From an uncultured delta proteobacterium (lineage in GTDB: Bacteria > Desulfobacterota > Binatia > Binatales > Binataceae), in contig CAWEEQ010000004.1 in the NCBI GenBank assembly GCA_963808235.1, positions 288,001 to 352,000 on the forward strand: a DNA stretch of 64,000 nt, given 5' to 3'. The translations under genes and the position numbers were made by a program. This document shows positions 1 through 9,879 of the stretch, one piece after another. The number at the start of each line of letters is the position of its first letter. Within the stretch, counting starts at the first letter, position 1. The notes below the pieces were generated by a model. That model had not been told where the DNA came from. It was given only the letters and a program-made list of their open reading frames with translations, and searched no databases.

Positions 1-627
1 CGCGATATTCCGCGCTTCCTCTTCGCCGGGTTGCGGCAGATCTATGACCGGCAAATCGACCGTGCGCTCAACGAAGTAATCAATCTCCGAAATATGAATC
101 GAGTTGTCGCCGCCGACCCGGATCGATTTCTGATCTACTTCGGCGATCACCAGTTTCGCATTGCGGGCGAGTAGCTTCGACATGATCTGAGCTTCGCCGA
201 AGTTGCAGTTGCCATGCTCGTCGGGCGGCGACACGGTCATCAGGTACACATTGAAATTGTCGAGCGCCGGCGGCAGATGTCCCGCGCGGTAGTACGCGAT
301 CGGGGTGAAATCGGCGGCGCCGCGCGAATAGAGTTCGCGGTCGTACGGCGACAGATAGAAAGATTCCAGCCGGAACCGCTCGCCGAGCCCGGGCAGATCC
401 CAGTTCATCACCGCGGCGCCATGGTTGACGACGACGTCTTCGAGTTCCATCAGGCGCGCCGCCAACGGCGGGCACAATTCGAACGGGGTAGCCTGGGCTA
501 TCGAGAGCGCGACCCGATCGCCCGACTTGATATGTGCGACCGCATCGTCAGCGGAGACCAGCCGCGAGCCGAGTTGCGCGCGCCAGTCAAATCTATTTGC
601 CCGCTGCTGACTCGGTGCGGTTGCCAT
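1..627 (-). CDS. Acetyl-CoA hydrolase/transferase family protein (4-hydroxybutyrate CoA-transferase-like), runs off the window start
   Basis: Absent from the ORF track because it has no stop in the window. Manual translation: MATAPSQ...LVSADDAVAHIKSGDRVAL...MTVSPPDEHGNCNFG...VIAEVD...GDNSIHISEIDYFVE, typical of the family N-domain. Its ATG overlaps the upstream TGA at 627. Confidence 0.85.
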   Translation of the reverse strand, partial: MATAPSQQRANRFDWRAQLGSRLVSADDAVAHIKSGDRVALSIAQATPFELCPPLAARLMELEDVVVNHGAAVMNWDLPGLGERFRLESFYLSPYDRELYSRGAADFTPIAYYRAGHLPPALDNFNVYLMTVSPPDEHGNCNFGEAQIMSKLLARNAKLVIAEVDQKSIRVGGDNSIHISEIDYFVERTVDLPVIDLPQPGEEEARNIA

Positions 628-1619
628 CACGCAGCGGCCGCGAGGTTGGTATCGATTCCCATCTCACGCATGAAGGCGCTGGTGCGCTGGTTGAGCAGCC
701 CGACCTTCTGCATGTTGGTCACGACGGTCTGATGCATTTCGCGGCGGAACAGTTTTCTGAACAGCGCATATTCGCTGCCGAGCGCGATCTGCTTGCGCGC
801 GTGGCGGATCTCTTCGATCTCGGCGGCGCTCATTCCGATTGCCTCGTACGCCTCGACCGGGAACTGTCCCTTCATGATCAGGAGCAGCGCCTCGCGGGTG
901 AAATCCTCGAGTTCGTGCAAGTCGCCGGAGCTGAGGCCGCGAATCTCGTCGGGCAGGCTTAGGACTGAAAAACCCATGTGTCGCGATTCATCTGCCAGGA
1001 TGCGCCGGCAAATTTCGCGCAGCAGAGGATCCTTGGCCGTTTCCATCAGCATCCTGAACAGCGACACCGCGAACGTCTCCGCGAGCAGCTGCAGGCCGAC
1101 TGTCTTGATGAACCACTTGCCCTGGCCGAGGATATAGTCGAAGAGCGTCTTGATGTTCCCGGTGATCGGATAAACTTTGCCGTCGCACTTCTCGAGCAGG
1201 TAGCGGCTCAAGACTTCGGCGTGGCGGGCCTCGTCAACGACCTGCGTTGCCTGGAAGAACTTCGCGTCGTTGCCGGGCACCATATCGACCAGCTGGCTGC
1301 AGGCGAGCATCGCGCCTTCCTCGCCGTGGAGGAGTTGTGACAACCGCCAGCATGAGAACTCGATGTTGAGACGCTGAAAATTCTTCGGATCGAGGCGGTC
1401 GAGAGTCGGAGTGCCGTGGCCGTCGATCAGTTCGTCGGCGAAGATGCCGCGCTCGGGGTCAACGTTGATCGTCCAGTCGACATCCTTGGACGCGTTCCAC
1501 TGATCGCGCTTGGCGTTCTCATAGAGGCGGCGCATGTCGGGAGCCTCGACCACGTAGGAGCGCTGGAAGCAAGTGTCGAAGGAAGTCGGAATCCGGTCTG
1601 CAATTGATTTTGATGGCAT
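627..1619 (-). CDS. Ferritin-like diiron protein (AurF-like oxygenase family)
   Basis: Paired diiron ligand motifs HGEEGA...DEARH and AETFA...DESRH, plus N-terminal LYENAKRDQWN. Confidence 0.8.
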   Translation of the reverse strand: MPSKSIADRIPTSFDTCFQRSYVVEAPDMRRLYENAKRDQWNASKDVDWTINVDPERGIFADELIDGHGTPTLDRLDPKNFQRLNIEFSCWRLSQLLHGEEGAMLACSQLVDMVPGNDAKFFQATQVVDEARHAEVLSRYLLEKCDGKVYPITGNIKTLFDYILGQGKWFIKTVGLQLLAETFAVSLFRMLMETAKDPLLREICRRILADESRHMGFSVLSLPDEIRGLSSGDLHELEDFTREALLLIMKGQFPVEAYEAIGMSAAEIEEIRHARKQIALGSEYALFRKLFRREMHQTVVTNMQKVGLLNQRTSAFMREMGIDTNLAAAA

Positions 1620-1805
1620 AGAGAGCAGCGCTCCTCTGCGAACAATTCAAACCAACGGTAGCAAATTCCGGCCTGATCGGAAAATCGTCGGCGGCGCGCA
1701 AATCGGCCAACGCAGAGGATCAATTCGAGCGCCGGCGCCTGGCGAATCAATTGCAACAGGCTCAGCTTGACTACGATCGAGCAAACCTTGATGCTCGATG
1801 GTCGC

Positions 1806-1895
1806 GGAGAGGTTCGGGAGTTTGGTTTAACCGGCCTGACTCGAAATCAGGTGAGCCTAACGGCTCCGGGGGTTCGAATCCCTCCCTCTCCGCCA
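1806..1895 (+). tRNA. tRNA-Ser(CGA)
   Basis: Acceptor stem GGAGAGG/CCTCTCC, discriminator G plus CCA, anticodon arm CCTGA-CTCGAAA-TCAGG, long variable arm GAGCC-TAAC-GGCTC, T-loop GGTTCGAATCC. Confidence 0.97.
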
Positions 1896-2124
1896 CCCAG
1901 CTTGGCATGTTTCCCTACATTTTCGTTCGAGCGCATAAAGGATTACGCTAGTCCCCCGGTCGAATGAGATGCGCAGTAGCGGCTCCTTTCCGATTAGAGC
2001 ATTTTCGGCACATTTCGCGGGACGATAGTTGCTTTTCCTCACCGTTTCGTCGTTTGGCCCCGAATTCTATCGCCTTCCAACGCCAGTTGTTCCACTCGAG
2101 TGCTTGGCGATAGAAGTGGGGACG

Positions 2125-3132
2125 ATGAGTGTAGAGCCGCTAGTCATCGCATGTGCCGCGGACCGACAGTACGCACTGCCGCTCGCGGTCATGCTGAGAT
2201 CAGTGGTCGCCAATCTCGACGCGCAACGCACGCTGAAGGTCTACATTGTCGACAGCGGACTCGATCCAGGGACGCGATCTCGGATCTCAGCCTCGCTCCC
2301 CGAACGAGTCACGCTTCACTGGATAGCTCCCGAGCGGACCGGTTTTGTCGATCTGCCGCTGTGGGGCCGGATGACGATCGCCACTTATGACAAATTGACG
2401 ATCGGTCGGTGGCTGCCAAAGTCAGAGGGGCGAGCGCTTTGGCTCGACTGCGATTTACTGGCGCTCGCCGATCTAGCGCGCCTTTGGGAAACGGTCCAGG
2501 GACAATATGGCGTTCTCGCAACCCAGGACATGTTCGTTCCGACGCTTGGAGCACGCTTCGGCGTTGCCTGCCACCAGGAACTGGGCATCGATGGCGACGC
2601 GGAATATTTCAACGCGGGAATCATGCTGATAGACGTAGCCCGCTGGCGAAGCGACGATATCGCAGCCCGCGCGCTGACATATCTGAGGCGGTATCGGCGT
2701 CGGGTGTATTTCTGGGACCAGGAGGCGCTGAACGCCGCTCTAGTAGGCAATTGGACCAAGCTTGACGCGAGGTGGAACTGGAGTCCGAGATTCGACCGGA
2801 TCGCATTGAACGATGGTGGTTTTGGCGGCGCGGAGAAGTCACCCTGGATTGTTCACTTCAGCGGCAGCCTGAAACCGTGGCATTTCGAAGGAAAGAGCGC
2901 TCCATACAAGCTCTTCTACCGATACCTTGATTCCACGGCTTGGGCTGGATGGAGGCCAGCGCGAAACTGGCGAAACATGGCGTTGAGTCACTACGTATCA
3001 TCCCGATTCCGCGACATGCTGTCTCCGCTCGAGACGTTGGCGATGGCAGTCGAGCGCGCGGTTACGCTCCGTTACGTTTCCGCCGACCCAAACGCGAGTG
3101 CCCATCATGAAGTAGGGACGATCGGCAGATGA
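2125..3132 (+). CDS. Glycosyltransferase family 8 protein
   Basis: IACAADRQY, LWLDCD (DxD), YFNAGIMLID, DQEALN, IVHFSGSLKPW. Start placed at ATG 2125. Confidence 0.9.
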   Translation: MSVEPLVIACAADRQYALPLAVMLRSVVANLDAQRTLKVYIVDSGLDPGTRSRISASLPERVTLHWIAPERTGFVDLPLWGRMTIATYDKLTIGRWLPKSEGRALWLDCDLLALADLARLWETVQGQYGVLATQDMFVPTLGARFGVACHQELGIDGDAEYFNAGIMLIDVARWRSDDIAARALTYLRRYRRRVYFWDQEALNAALVGNWTKLDARWNWSPRFDRIALNDGGFGGAEKSPWIVHFSGSLKPWHFEGKSAPYKLFYRYLDSTAWAGWRPARNWRNMALSHYVSSRFRDMLSPLETLAMAVERAVTLRYVSADPNASAHHEVGTIGR

Positions 3133-4226
3133 CGGATGCGACATATCGCGATGAACCGGGCTTGTCGGGCGTACTGACCACCGAGCGCTTGAAGAGGAAG
3201 CTTCGGGTAGGCGTCATAGGATGCGGCAACATTGCCTATTGGGTACATTTGCCCGCCTTGGCTCGCATGCGCGGCGTAGAACTGGTAGCCGCCGCCGATT
3301 CCGATCCTCGAGCTAGAGATAACGCCGCCAGATTGGTGAAGAGGCCCGTCTTCCAGCGCTCCGAAGATCTCTTTGCACGAAACGACATCGATGCGGTCGT
3401 CATCTGTGCTCCTACCGGTCTGCATCACGATCTTGCCCTTGCCGCCTGCGCCGCCCGCAAGCATTTCTACCTCGAGAAGCCGCTTGCGACGGACGCGGAC
3501 TCAGGACGCCGCGTTCTCGATGCGTCCGCTGGCGCCGGGCTGGTGACGATGATCGGCTTCAATCGGCGACTCCATCCGGCGATCGAGCAGGCGCGAGCGA
3601 TACTTGCGGAGGGCCGCCTCGGCAAGGTTCACATGGTGCAGACAGTGCTCTGTGATCCGCCGGCAAGCGGCGGAACGTCCGAGTGGAAGAAACACCGAAC
3701 CAGTGGAGGCGGCGTGCTGCTCGACCTAGCCTCGCACCACCTCGATCTCCTGCGATTTCTTCTCGACGACGAGTTCAGCCAGGTTGAGGCTCGCATCGTA
3801 TCGGAAGCGAGCGAGAGTGACTCGGCCTGGCTCCGAATGACGATGGTTCGAGGAACGGAGGTCCAGAGTTTCTTCTCGTGCAGGTCAGGACTGGCAGATT
3901 CGATCCAGCTTCTTGGCGAATGTGGAACATTAAGAGTCGATCGATTTCGCTCGGCGGTTGAGCTTCGCATTCCTCGCCGACTGGGATACGGCTTGAGAAG
4001 CAAGCGTTCTTTTCCGCGAGTCGCCAGTTTGGGCTGGCGTCTTAGGAAGTTGAGGCGTCCGTCTTATGATCCGTCGTATCAACGGGCATTGGATACGTTT
4101 GTGGCGCTCACTAATGGACAGCGGCGGGATGCCCCGACGCTTGAAGACGGCATGCGCAGCCTGGAGGCTGTGCTCGCGGCAGAGAAATCGGCCCGTTTCG
4201 GACGCCCTGTTTTCATGGACGAGTAA
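3129..4226 (+). CDS. Gfo/Idh/MocA family oxidoreductase
   Basis: VIGCGNIA Rossmann motif, LEKP, GFNRR, GGVLLDLASHHLD. ATGA overlap with the GT8 gene. Confidence 0.92.
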   Translation: MTDATYRDEPGLSGVLTTERLKRKLRVGVIGCGNIAYWVHLPALARMRGVELVAAADSDPRARDNAARLVKRPVFQRSEDLFARNDIDAVVICAPTGLHHDLALAACAARKHFYLEKPLATDADSGRRVLDASAGAGLVTMIGFNRRLHPAIEQARAILAEGRLGKVHMVQTVLCDPPASGGTSEWKKHRTSGGGVLLDLASHHLDLLRFLLDDEFSQVEARIVSEASESDSAWLRMTMVRGTEVQSFFSCRSGLADSIQLLGECGTLRVDRFRSAVELRIPRRLGYGLRSKRSFPRVASLGWRLRKLRRPSYDPSYQRALDTFVALTNGQRRDAPTLEDGMRSLEAVLAAEKSARFGRPVFMDE

Positions 4227-4259
4227 CTGAGCGAGCGAATGTTTCTGATGTCGTGATTC

Positions 4260-5612
4260 TTACGATGTCCCTGGTTTATGCGCTTCGGTTGAAGCAAGAA
4301 TCGCAAGAGCCGCTGCGGTTGCTTCTCCGGCCGATATATTGACGACGCATGGCGCAGCAGCTCCAGGTGAAATCTCAAAACGGCAACGCCAACCGCATCC
4401 GAAGCACTCCATTGGATGCCAGACGGCCTGCGGCAAGCACATGCCTTCTTGCGGAGGAGAATCATAGGGCACGCACCAACCAAACGTTCCTCCTCCCAGG
4501 ATGCAGAGCGTTGGCGCCCCCGACGCGGCGGCGACGTGAAGAGGGCCAGAATCATTTGAAATAACCAAGCTCGCGCCCGCGGCGAATTGGCCAAACTCTT
4601 CCAACGACAGGGCGCCGGTGAGATCTGAAAGTGGGGCCTCGGCGAGCCTGCAAATCGCAATCGCGAGCTGTTTTTCAGCGATCGAACCGCATATCGTGCC
4701 GCGCATTCCGGTGGCGGCAAAGATGCCCTCAGCGAGCGCCGCAAACCGCCCGGGAGGCCAGCGCTTTAGTGGTTCCGTCCCGCCTGGACATAGCACATAG
4801 TACGGGGGCGACGCGGCCACCACGTCAGCCTTCCGATCGAGATTCAGTTTCGGTGCGCGCGGTGCGAAACCATTGTGGCCAAGCGCATGCAAGAACTCGG
4901 AATTAAGCCGAAGTATTCCCAGGCTCTCCGTGGGCATCGACAATAGACGACTGTATTTGCTGGCACGCCAAACTCTCATTAGACGCTCGCCTGGCGAATG
5001 AGAGTCGGGCCGTAGTGACCACCCCACCTTTTCGGCGGCCCCTGACGCGCCCATGATGCTATCTGCGACGTAATAGTCCTGCCAACCCGCCGGATTCAGG
5101 GCAACTGAAAATCCTTCGCCTGCGATTCTCCGAAGCATTTGCCAACGATACAGAAGACTTTTGGAAAAGCGCGCTCGATCCAGCTCCCAGACGCAATCGA
5201 AATACGGTTGCAAGCGCACCAGAGACGCACTGGCAGTATCTGCCAGCAAAACGATTCGGTGTGCAGGCGCAGGATACAGTTCACGCAGGCCACGCGCCGC
5301 ATCGAGCCAAAGGATCATGTCGCCAATCCGGCAGGGATGAACAACCAGTATCGCGCCCGATTTATTTGAGACCTTATGACGAGAAACGAACTGGTTGACT
5401 GGCTGCAAAATGAGCCACCGGAGGAACCTTAGGTACCGCTGTGCTGACAGGAGGGCCTGAGAGACGGTAGCGGGCCCAACGGCCGTGCGCGAGCGACCGG
5501 CCGGTGGGGCGTTGCGTCTACTACTCGCGTCAGAAAAACCAATCTGGCTGCCGCAATGCTCGCAGAACCGTGACGGCGAACGATTATCTGAATGGCACGA
5601 TGTGCAGTTCAT
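4260..5612 (-). CDS. Glycosyltransferase family 9 (heptosyltransferase-like) with N-terminal zinc ribbon
   Basis: RIGDMI, PGGTEPLKRWP, DLTGALSL, ISNDSGPLHVAAA. N-terminus CTSC-x10-CEHC. Confidence 0.88.
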   Translation of the reverse strand: MNCTSCHSDNRSPSRFCEHCGSQIGFSDASSRRNAPPAGRSRTAVGPATVSQALLSAQRYLRFLRWLILQPVNQFVSRHKVSNKSGAILVVHPCRIGDMILWLDAARGLRELYPAPAHRIVLLADTASASLVRLQPYFDCVWELDRARFSKSLLYRWQMLRRIAGEGFSVALNPAGWQDYYVADSIMGASGAAEKVGWSLRPDSHSPGERLMRVWRASKYSRLLSMPTESLGILRLNSEFLHALGHNGFAPRAPKLNLDRKADVVAASPPYYVLCPGGTEPLKRWPPGRFAALAEGIFAATGMRGTICGSIAEKQLAIAICRLAEAPLSDLTGALSLEEFGQFAAGASLVISNDSGPLHVAAASGAPTLCILGGGTFGWCVPYDSPPQEGMCLPQAVWHPMECFGCGWRCRFEISPGAAAPCVVNISAGEATAAALAILASTEAHKPGTS

Positions 5613-5772
5613 ACGAGACCGCTTCCAAAAATAGCGCCCCAGCGTAGCTAAACATACCTGCCTTCAACCACTCGTGACCTTCTTCCTGGTCCTCACGTCG
5701 GTGTCGACACGGCGTGATGTTGAACGCTTGCGCGATGGCTTCGATGTTCCAATGAAGATACCCTGCGGGGTC

Positions 5773-7011
5773 ATGTCGCGAGATGCCACTTTGCGGGTGG
5801 TCAGCTCGAACCGGTGGTTGCTGGCGATCCTTGCTCTTCAGGCCTTTACTCTGTCGATCAACGGGGTTGCGGCGCCCTGGATTATGCAGAGCTTCCATCT
5901 GAACCAAGGGAGCCTCGCTCGACTGTTTGCCTGGATCTCAGTGTCTGCGATCGGTGCGCTGATCTTAACTCGCCTGTTCGATGTGATCGGACGCTTGCGG
6001 TTGCTGCGATGGTGCGTGTTCGCGAGTTCGTTCGGCTCTATCGGCGCGGCGTTCTCGCGCAATCTCAAGGCGTTCACGCTATGCGAGATCTTGCTCGATG
6101 CGACAGCCTCCGCCGCCATTGCCGCCGCGATCGTGGTAGTGGCCGAGAAGTTGCCAGTCGCTGAACGCGCGACCGGCCAGAGCCTGGTCGGTATCGCGGT
6201 GCGAGTGGGAAGCGGGTTCAGCATCGCGCTGATGCCGCTGCTGGCATACGCCGGCTACTCGTGGCGATGGCTCCTCGTCCTTGCCGCGTTGCCGAACCTC
6301 GGACTCTACCTAATCGACGGCACGCACGATGAAATCACTGAGTTGCAGCCTGCGGTCGCGAACCGCAAGCGCGCCGACAATGCGCTGTCCGACTTGTTGG
6401 GGCCCCGTTACCGCCGGCGTGCGATCACCCTGGTCGTCTCCGCGTTGTTGAGCAGTATCGCGATTACTTCCGGCAAGAGCTGGATCTATTTCCATACCGT
6501 CTCGGTAGTAGGTAGCCCGCCAGCGGCGGCGAGCCTGATGTTGCTGATTGCCGGCGGCTTGGCGCTGACGGGATACCCGCTCGGTGCCGCATCGTGCGAG
6601 CGGTTCGGTCGCGTTCCAACGGTTTCGGGCTTCGCGCTAGTGTTGGCGATCGGCTCCGTCTGGTCATTTTGGGGTCCGCCTTCCACCTTTCGCCATCCGC
6701 TTCTGTGGCTCGGCGCAGGATTTAGCTGCTTCGGCATGGCCACCAATGCAACCAGCGTAGGCGCGAATTCTTCGGCAACAGAGCTGGTTCCGGGCGGCCT
6801 GCGGACAACGATGATCGGTTGCCGCGCCTTCGCCGGCGCGATCGGTGAGGTGACTGGCCAGGGAATCGTTGCGGCGTTGGCGCCGCGGCTGGGCGGTATC
6901 TCGAACGTAGTTGGTTATCTGGGTCTATTCGCGATCGGAGTATCGCTGCTCTTCGGTTTTCTTATCGAGGAATCGCGGGGACTGGCGCTCGAGGAAATCG
7001 CCACTGACTAG
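5773..7011 (+). CDS. MFS transporter
   Basis: About 12 hydrophobic segments, DVIGRLR and ERFGRVP loop motifs, terminal ESRGLALEEI. Start is uncertain (5674-5773). Confidence 0.85.
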   Translation: MSRDATLRVVSSNRWLLAILALQAFTLSINGVAAPWIMQSFHLNQGSLARLFAWISVSAIGALILTRLFDVIGRLRLLRWCVFASSFGSIGAAFSRNLKAFTLCEILLDATASAAIAAAIVVVAEKLPVAERATGQSLVGIAVRVGSGFSIALMPLLAYAGYSWRWLLVLAALPNLGLYLIDGTHDEITELQPAVANRKRADNALSDLLGPRYRRRAITLVVSALLSSIAITSGKSWIYFHTVSVVGSPPAAASLMLLIAGGLALTGYPLGAASCERFGRVPTVSGFALVLAIGSVWSFWGPPSTFRHPLLWLGAGFSCFGMATNATSVGANSSATELVPGGLRTTMIGCRAFAGAIGEVTGQGIVAALAPRLGGISNVVGYLGLFAIGVSLLFGFLIEESRGLALEEIATD

Positions 7012-7167
7012 GCAGAAAGTTGCGCGATGAAGACGCGTCGCAGCGCATGCCGGTCGATCCGGAAGAAGAGTCGGGTGAGAAACGAAAGCCTGCTGGAGAG
7101 TCGGCTCCGGGGCTGGTGGCCCGAGATGATTACCTCGATTGCTTCTTCCTCGATTCTGCTTCCGCGG

Positions 7168-9420
7168 CTATGACACGCGCTCGATCCTGGCGGGCACGTG
7201 CTTGTGGAACGGAGTGCCCGCGAACCAGTCGCGATCCTCGGTCACCGTCAGCTCGTTGGGCGCTACCCCGTGCTGAAATTCCTGACCTTCGCGGTCGGGG
7301 TACCACAGGCCGGTCCCGTTCGGCAGAGCGACGTGGCCGGGCAACATCGTGTCGGTCACCTCGACGACCGTCTCGGCGCTTGCACGTTTCGTGATCACTC
7401 GCACGCGGCCGCCACTCCGGACTCCGAGCCCGGTTGCGTCGGCGGGGTTCATCCAGAGCGCGCCGGCGGGATCCTTCGGGCGCCATTGCGGATCGCGAAT
7501 GATGGTGTTCGCAGTAGAGGAGCGTCGCTGGCCTGCGGATAGCACGAAGGGGAACTCCGGATCGCGAGACTGATGCTCGTCGCGAAGTGATTTGAGTTCG
7601 GGGATCAGCTCGGGGATCGTAAGATCGATCCGTCCGCCGTGAATTCTTCGCCAGGTTTCCTCGTACGGATCGAGGCTGACGACGACGCCGTCGCGACTCT
7701 TCATGATCGCATCGAACAACCCTTCGCCGAGCGCGGGGCCTTCGCCGCTGAAGCCCGCGCGACGCAGTGAGTCCGGATACCGGCGCGCGAAATTGTGCGC
7801 GATACCCCAGACCGACGCCGCATTTTCGTTGCCGGCTCCGAGCGTTGGGCCCAGCGTCTCATACAGCAGGACGGTCATCACGTTCGCCAAATGAGGGCGC
7901 TCTGAGACGACTCGCGTCAGCTCCATCGCATAAGCGACCCGTCCTTTGGCTGCGGCCGCGTGCAGCGGGGCGACGTCATCATCGGTCATCGCGCCGATCG
8001 CGCGAACCAGCCGCCGGTGAATTTCACCCTCGGGGAGCGTGCCGGGAATCGGATCGAGAATCGGGTCGCGTAGCGTGAAAGTGTTCGCGAACTCCGTCTC
8101 GGTATGAAAAGCCGCCCCGAAGAAGGTCGTCTCCCATTTTTCGTACTGCGACGACGCCGGCAAGACATAATGCGCCTCACGCGCACTCTCGCTCATCGCA
8201 ACATCGACGACCACAACGAATTCGAGCGCCCGTAGCGCTTCGCGCATCCTCGTACTGTCGGCCACTGAGTGCGCCGGATTTTCGCTTTCTATGAGCATCG
8301 CGCGGAAACGCTTGGGATGGTCGGTCAGGATTTCATCGGGGATCACGTTGGCGGGGATCATGTTGCCGATAATGCGATGCCCGCCGACCGGACTGGTCTT
8401 CGCCGAGAGTGCGCCGCCGAAGAGTCCGGTCAGGCTTGTGCCCGCATTCATTCCGCCGCGCTTCCCGACGTTGCCGGTCAGCGCGAAGAGAAGTTTCTCC
8501 AGATAAGAGTTGAGCGTGCTGTGCAGCGACTGCTCGATGCCGAGATCCTCGTAGACCGAGACGCTCGACGCGCGAGCAATTCGGCGCGCAACTTCGCGGA
8601 CCAGGTCCACGCCGAGACCGGCGCGTTCGCAGTAGTCCGCGACTGGAACGTCGTTCAGTACACCGAACAGTACGTCGCTATTTTTAGCGCGGTCGCGGAT
8701 GAAGTCGCGATCGATCAGATCTTCTTGTAGGAGGACCCCAAGAATCGCCGCGAGACAGAATGCGTCGGCGCCGGGACGCACCTGCAAATGGTAATCGGCC
8801 ATCTCCGCCGTCTCGGTGCGGCGCGGATCGATCACGATGAGCGCGCGGTTCTGGTCGGCCGAGATGTCGCGCAGGATCGGACGGGCGCGCTGGAAGCCAT
8901 GCGACTGCCACGGGTTCTTGCCGACGAATATCGCTACCTCCGATTGCTGATAGCTCCCGCCGAGGCCCGTCCCGAAGAGCATGTGGTCCACCCAGAACTC
9001 GCCGGTTTTTTCCTGGGCCAGGGCGTTGGAGCTGAAGACTGAGCCAAGCGCGTTCCGAGTGGACGCACCATAGCTGCCGACGAGATGGTTTCCCTGGCCG
9101 CCACCGCCGTAATAGAAGATGCTCGCGCCGCCCCATCGATCGCGTACCTTGACGAAGCCTGCCGCTACCTCGCGAATCGCAGTGTCCCAGTCAACTTCCT
9201 CAAAAGTGCCGTCGGGCCTGCGCCGCAGCGGCGACGTGAGCCGATCGCGCCCGTTCTGGTAGTAGTCGAGACGCTGTGCCTTCTCGCAAGCATAGCCGCG
9301 CGATGCGACGTGGGCGCGATTGCCGCGGACACGCGCGATGTGGCGTCCGTCGAGCTTCACCTCGACTCCGCAGTTGACCGAACAGAGGATGCACACTGTC
9401 GGCTGCCATCCGTCGCTCAT
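7168..9420 (-). CDS. Molybdopterin-dependent oxidoreductase (DMSO reductase family)
   Basis: N-terminal CILCSVNC...CEK [4Fe-4S] motif, RLTSPL, IDPRRTETA, C-terminal molybdopterin dinucleotide-binding domain (MNPADA). Confidence 0.92.
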   Translation of the reverse strand: MSDGWQPTVCILCSVNCGVEVKLDGRHIARVRGNRAHVASRGYACEKAQRLDYYQNGRDRLTSPLRRRPDGTFEEVDWDTAIREVAAGFVKVRDRWGGASIFYYGGGGQGNHLVGSYGASTRNALGSVFSSNALAQEKTGEFWVDHMLFGTGLGGSYQQSEVAIFVGKNPWQSHGFQRARPILRDISADQNRALIVIDPRRTETAEMADYHLQVRPGADAFCLAAILGVLLQEDLIDRDFIRDRAKNSDVLFGVLNDVPVADYCERAGLGVDLVREVARRIARASSVSVYEDLGIEQSLHSTLNSYLEKLLFALTGNVGKRGGMNAGTSLTGLFGGALSAKTSPVGGHRIIGNMIPANVIPDEILTDHPKRFRAMLIESENPAHSVADSTRMREALRALEFVVVVDVAMSESAREAHYVLPASSQYEKWETTFFGAAFHTETEFANTFTLRDPILDPIPGTLPEGEIHRRLVRAIGAMTDDDVAPLHAAAAKGRVAYAMELTRVVSERPHLANVMTVLLYETLGPTLGAGNENAASVWGIAHNFARRYPDSLRRAGFSGEGPALGEGLFDAIMKSRDGVVVSLDPYEETWRRIHGGRIDLTIPELIPELKSLRDEHQSRDPEFPFVLSAGQRRSSTANTIIRDPQWRPKDPAGALWMNPADATGLGVRSGGRVRVITKRASAETVVEVTDTMLPGHVALPNGTGLWYPDREGQEFQHGVAPNELTVTEDRDWFAGTPFHKHVPARIERVS

Positions 9421-9488
9421 GTGTAGAACTCCTGGGCTGCGCTTGAAGGTTGCTTCTCAGCACCTTTACCAGAGAGCAGACCGTCGAG

Positions 9489-9848
9489 CTACAACGACTC
9501 CGGATGCGTCTCCTGGAAGTAATCGGAACCGATCTCAGCGCTTGGAATATGTGCCGCAATGGCGAGAACCGGCACCGAGCTCCGATGGCAATCGAAGAGC
9601 CCGTTGATAAGGTGAAGGTTGCCCGGACCGCAACTCCCGGCGCAGACGGCCAGATCGCCGGTGACGTGCGCGTCGGCGCCGGCCGCGAAGGCCGCCACTT
9701 CCTCGTGGCGCACGTGGACCCATTCGATGGTTTTCTGTCGGCGCATCGCGTCGGTGATCCCATTGAGCGAATCGCCAACTATCCCGTAGATTCTCTTAAC
9801 CCCGGCGCCCGCGAGCGTCGCTACCAGGCTTTCTGCCACTGTCGTCAC
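9489..9848 (-). pseudogene. poxB: Truncated pyruvate dehydrogenase (quinone)/pyruvate oxidase, N-terminal fragment
   Basis: [49 protein letters not shown] then TAG. Only 119 aa of a protein normally about 570 aa; the downstream sequence is unrelated. Confidence 0.9.
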
Positions 9849-9879
9849 AGTTCCACTCCTTCAACTTGCCGGTGCAAAG

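Noticed and set aside
9421-9491. Amber readthrough of the poxB fragment
   Set aside because: The sequence after TAG is not PoxB-like and the next gene starts 68 bp later, so this is a truncation.
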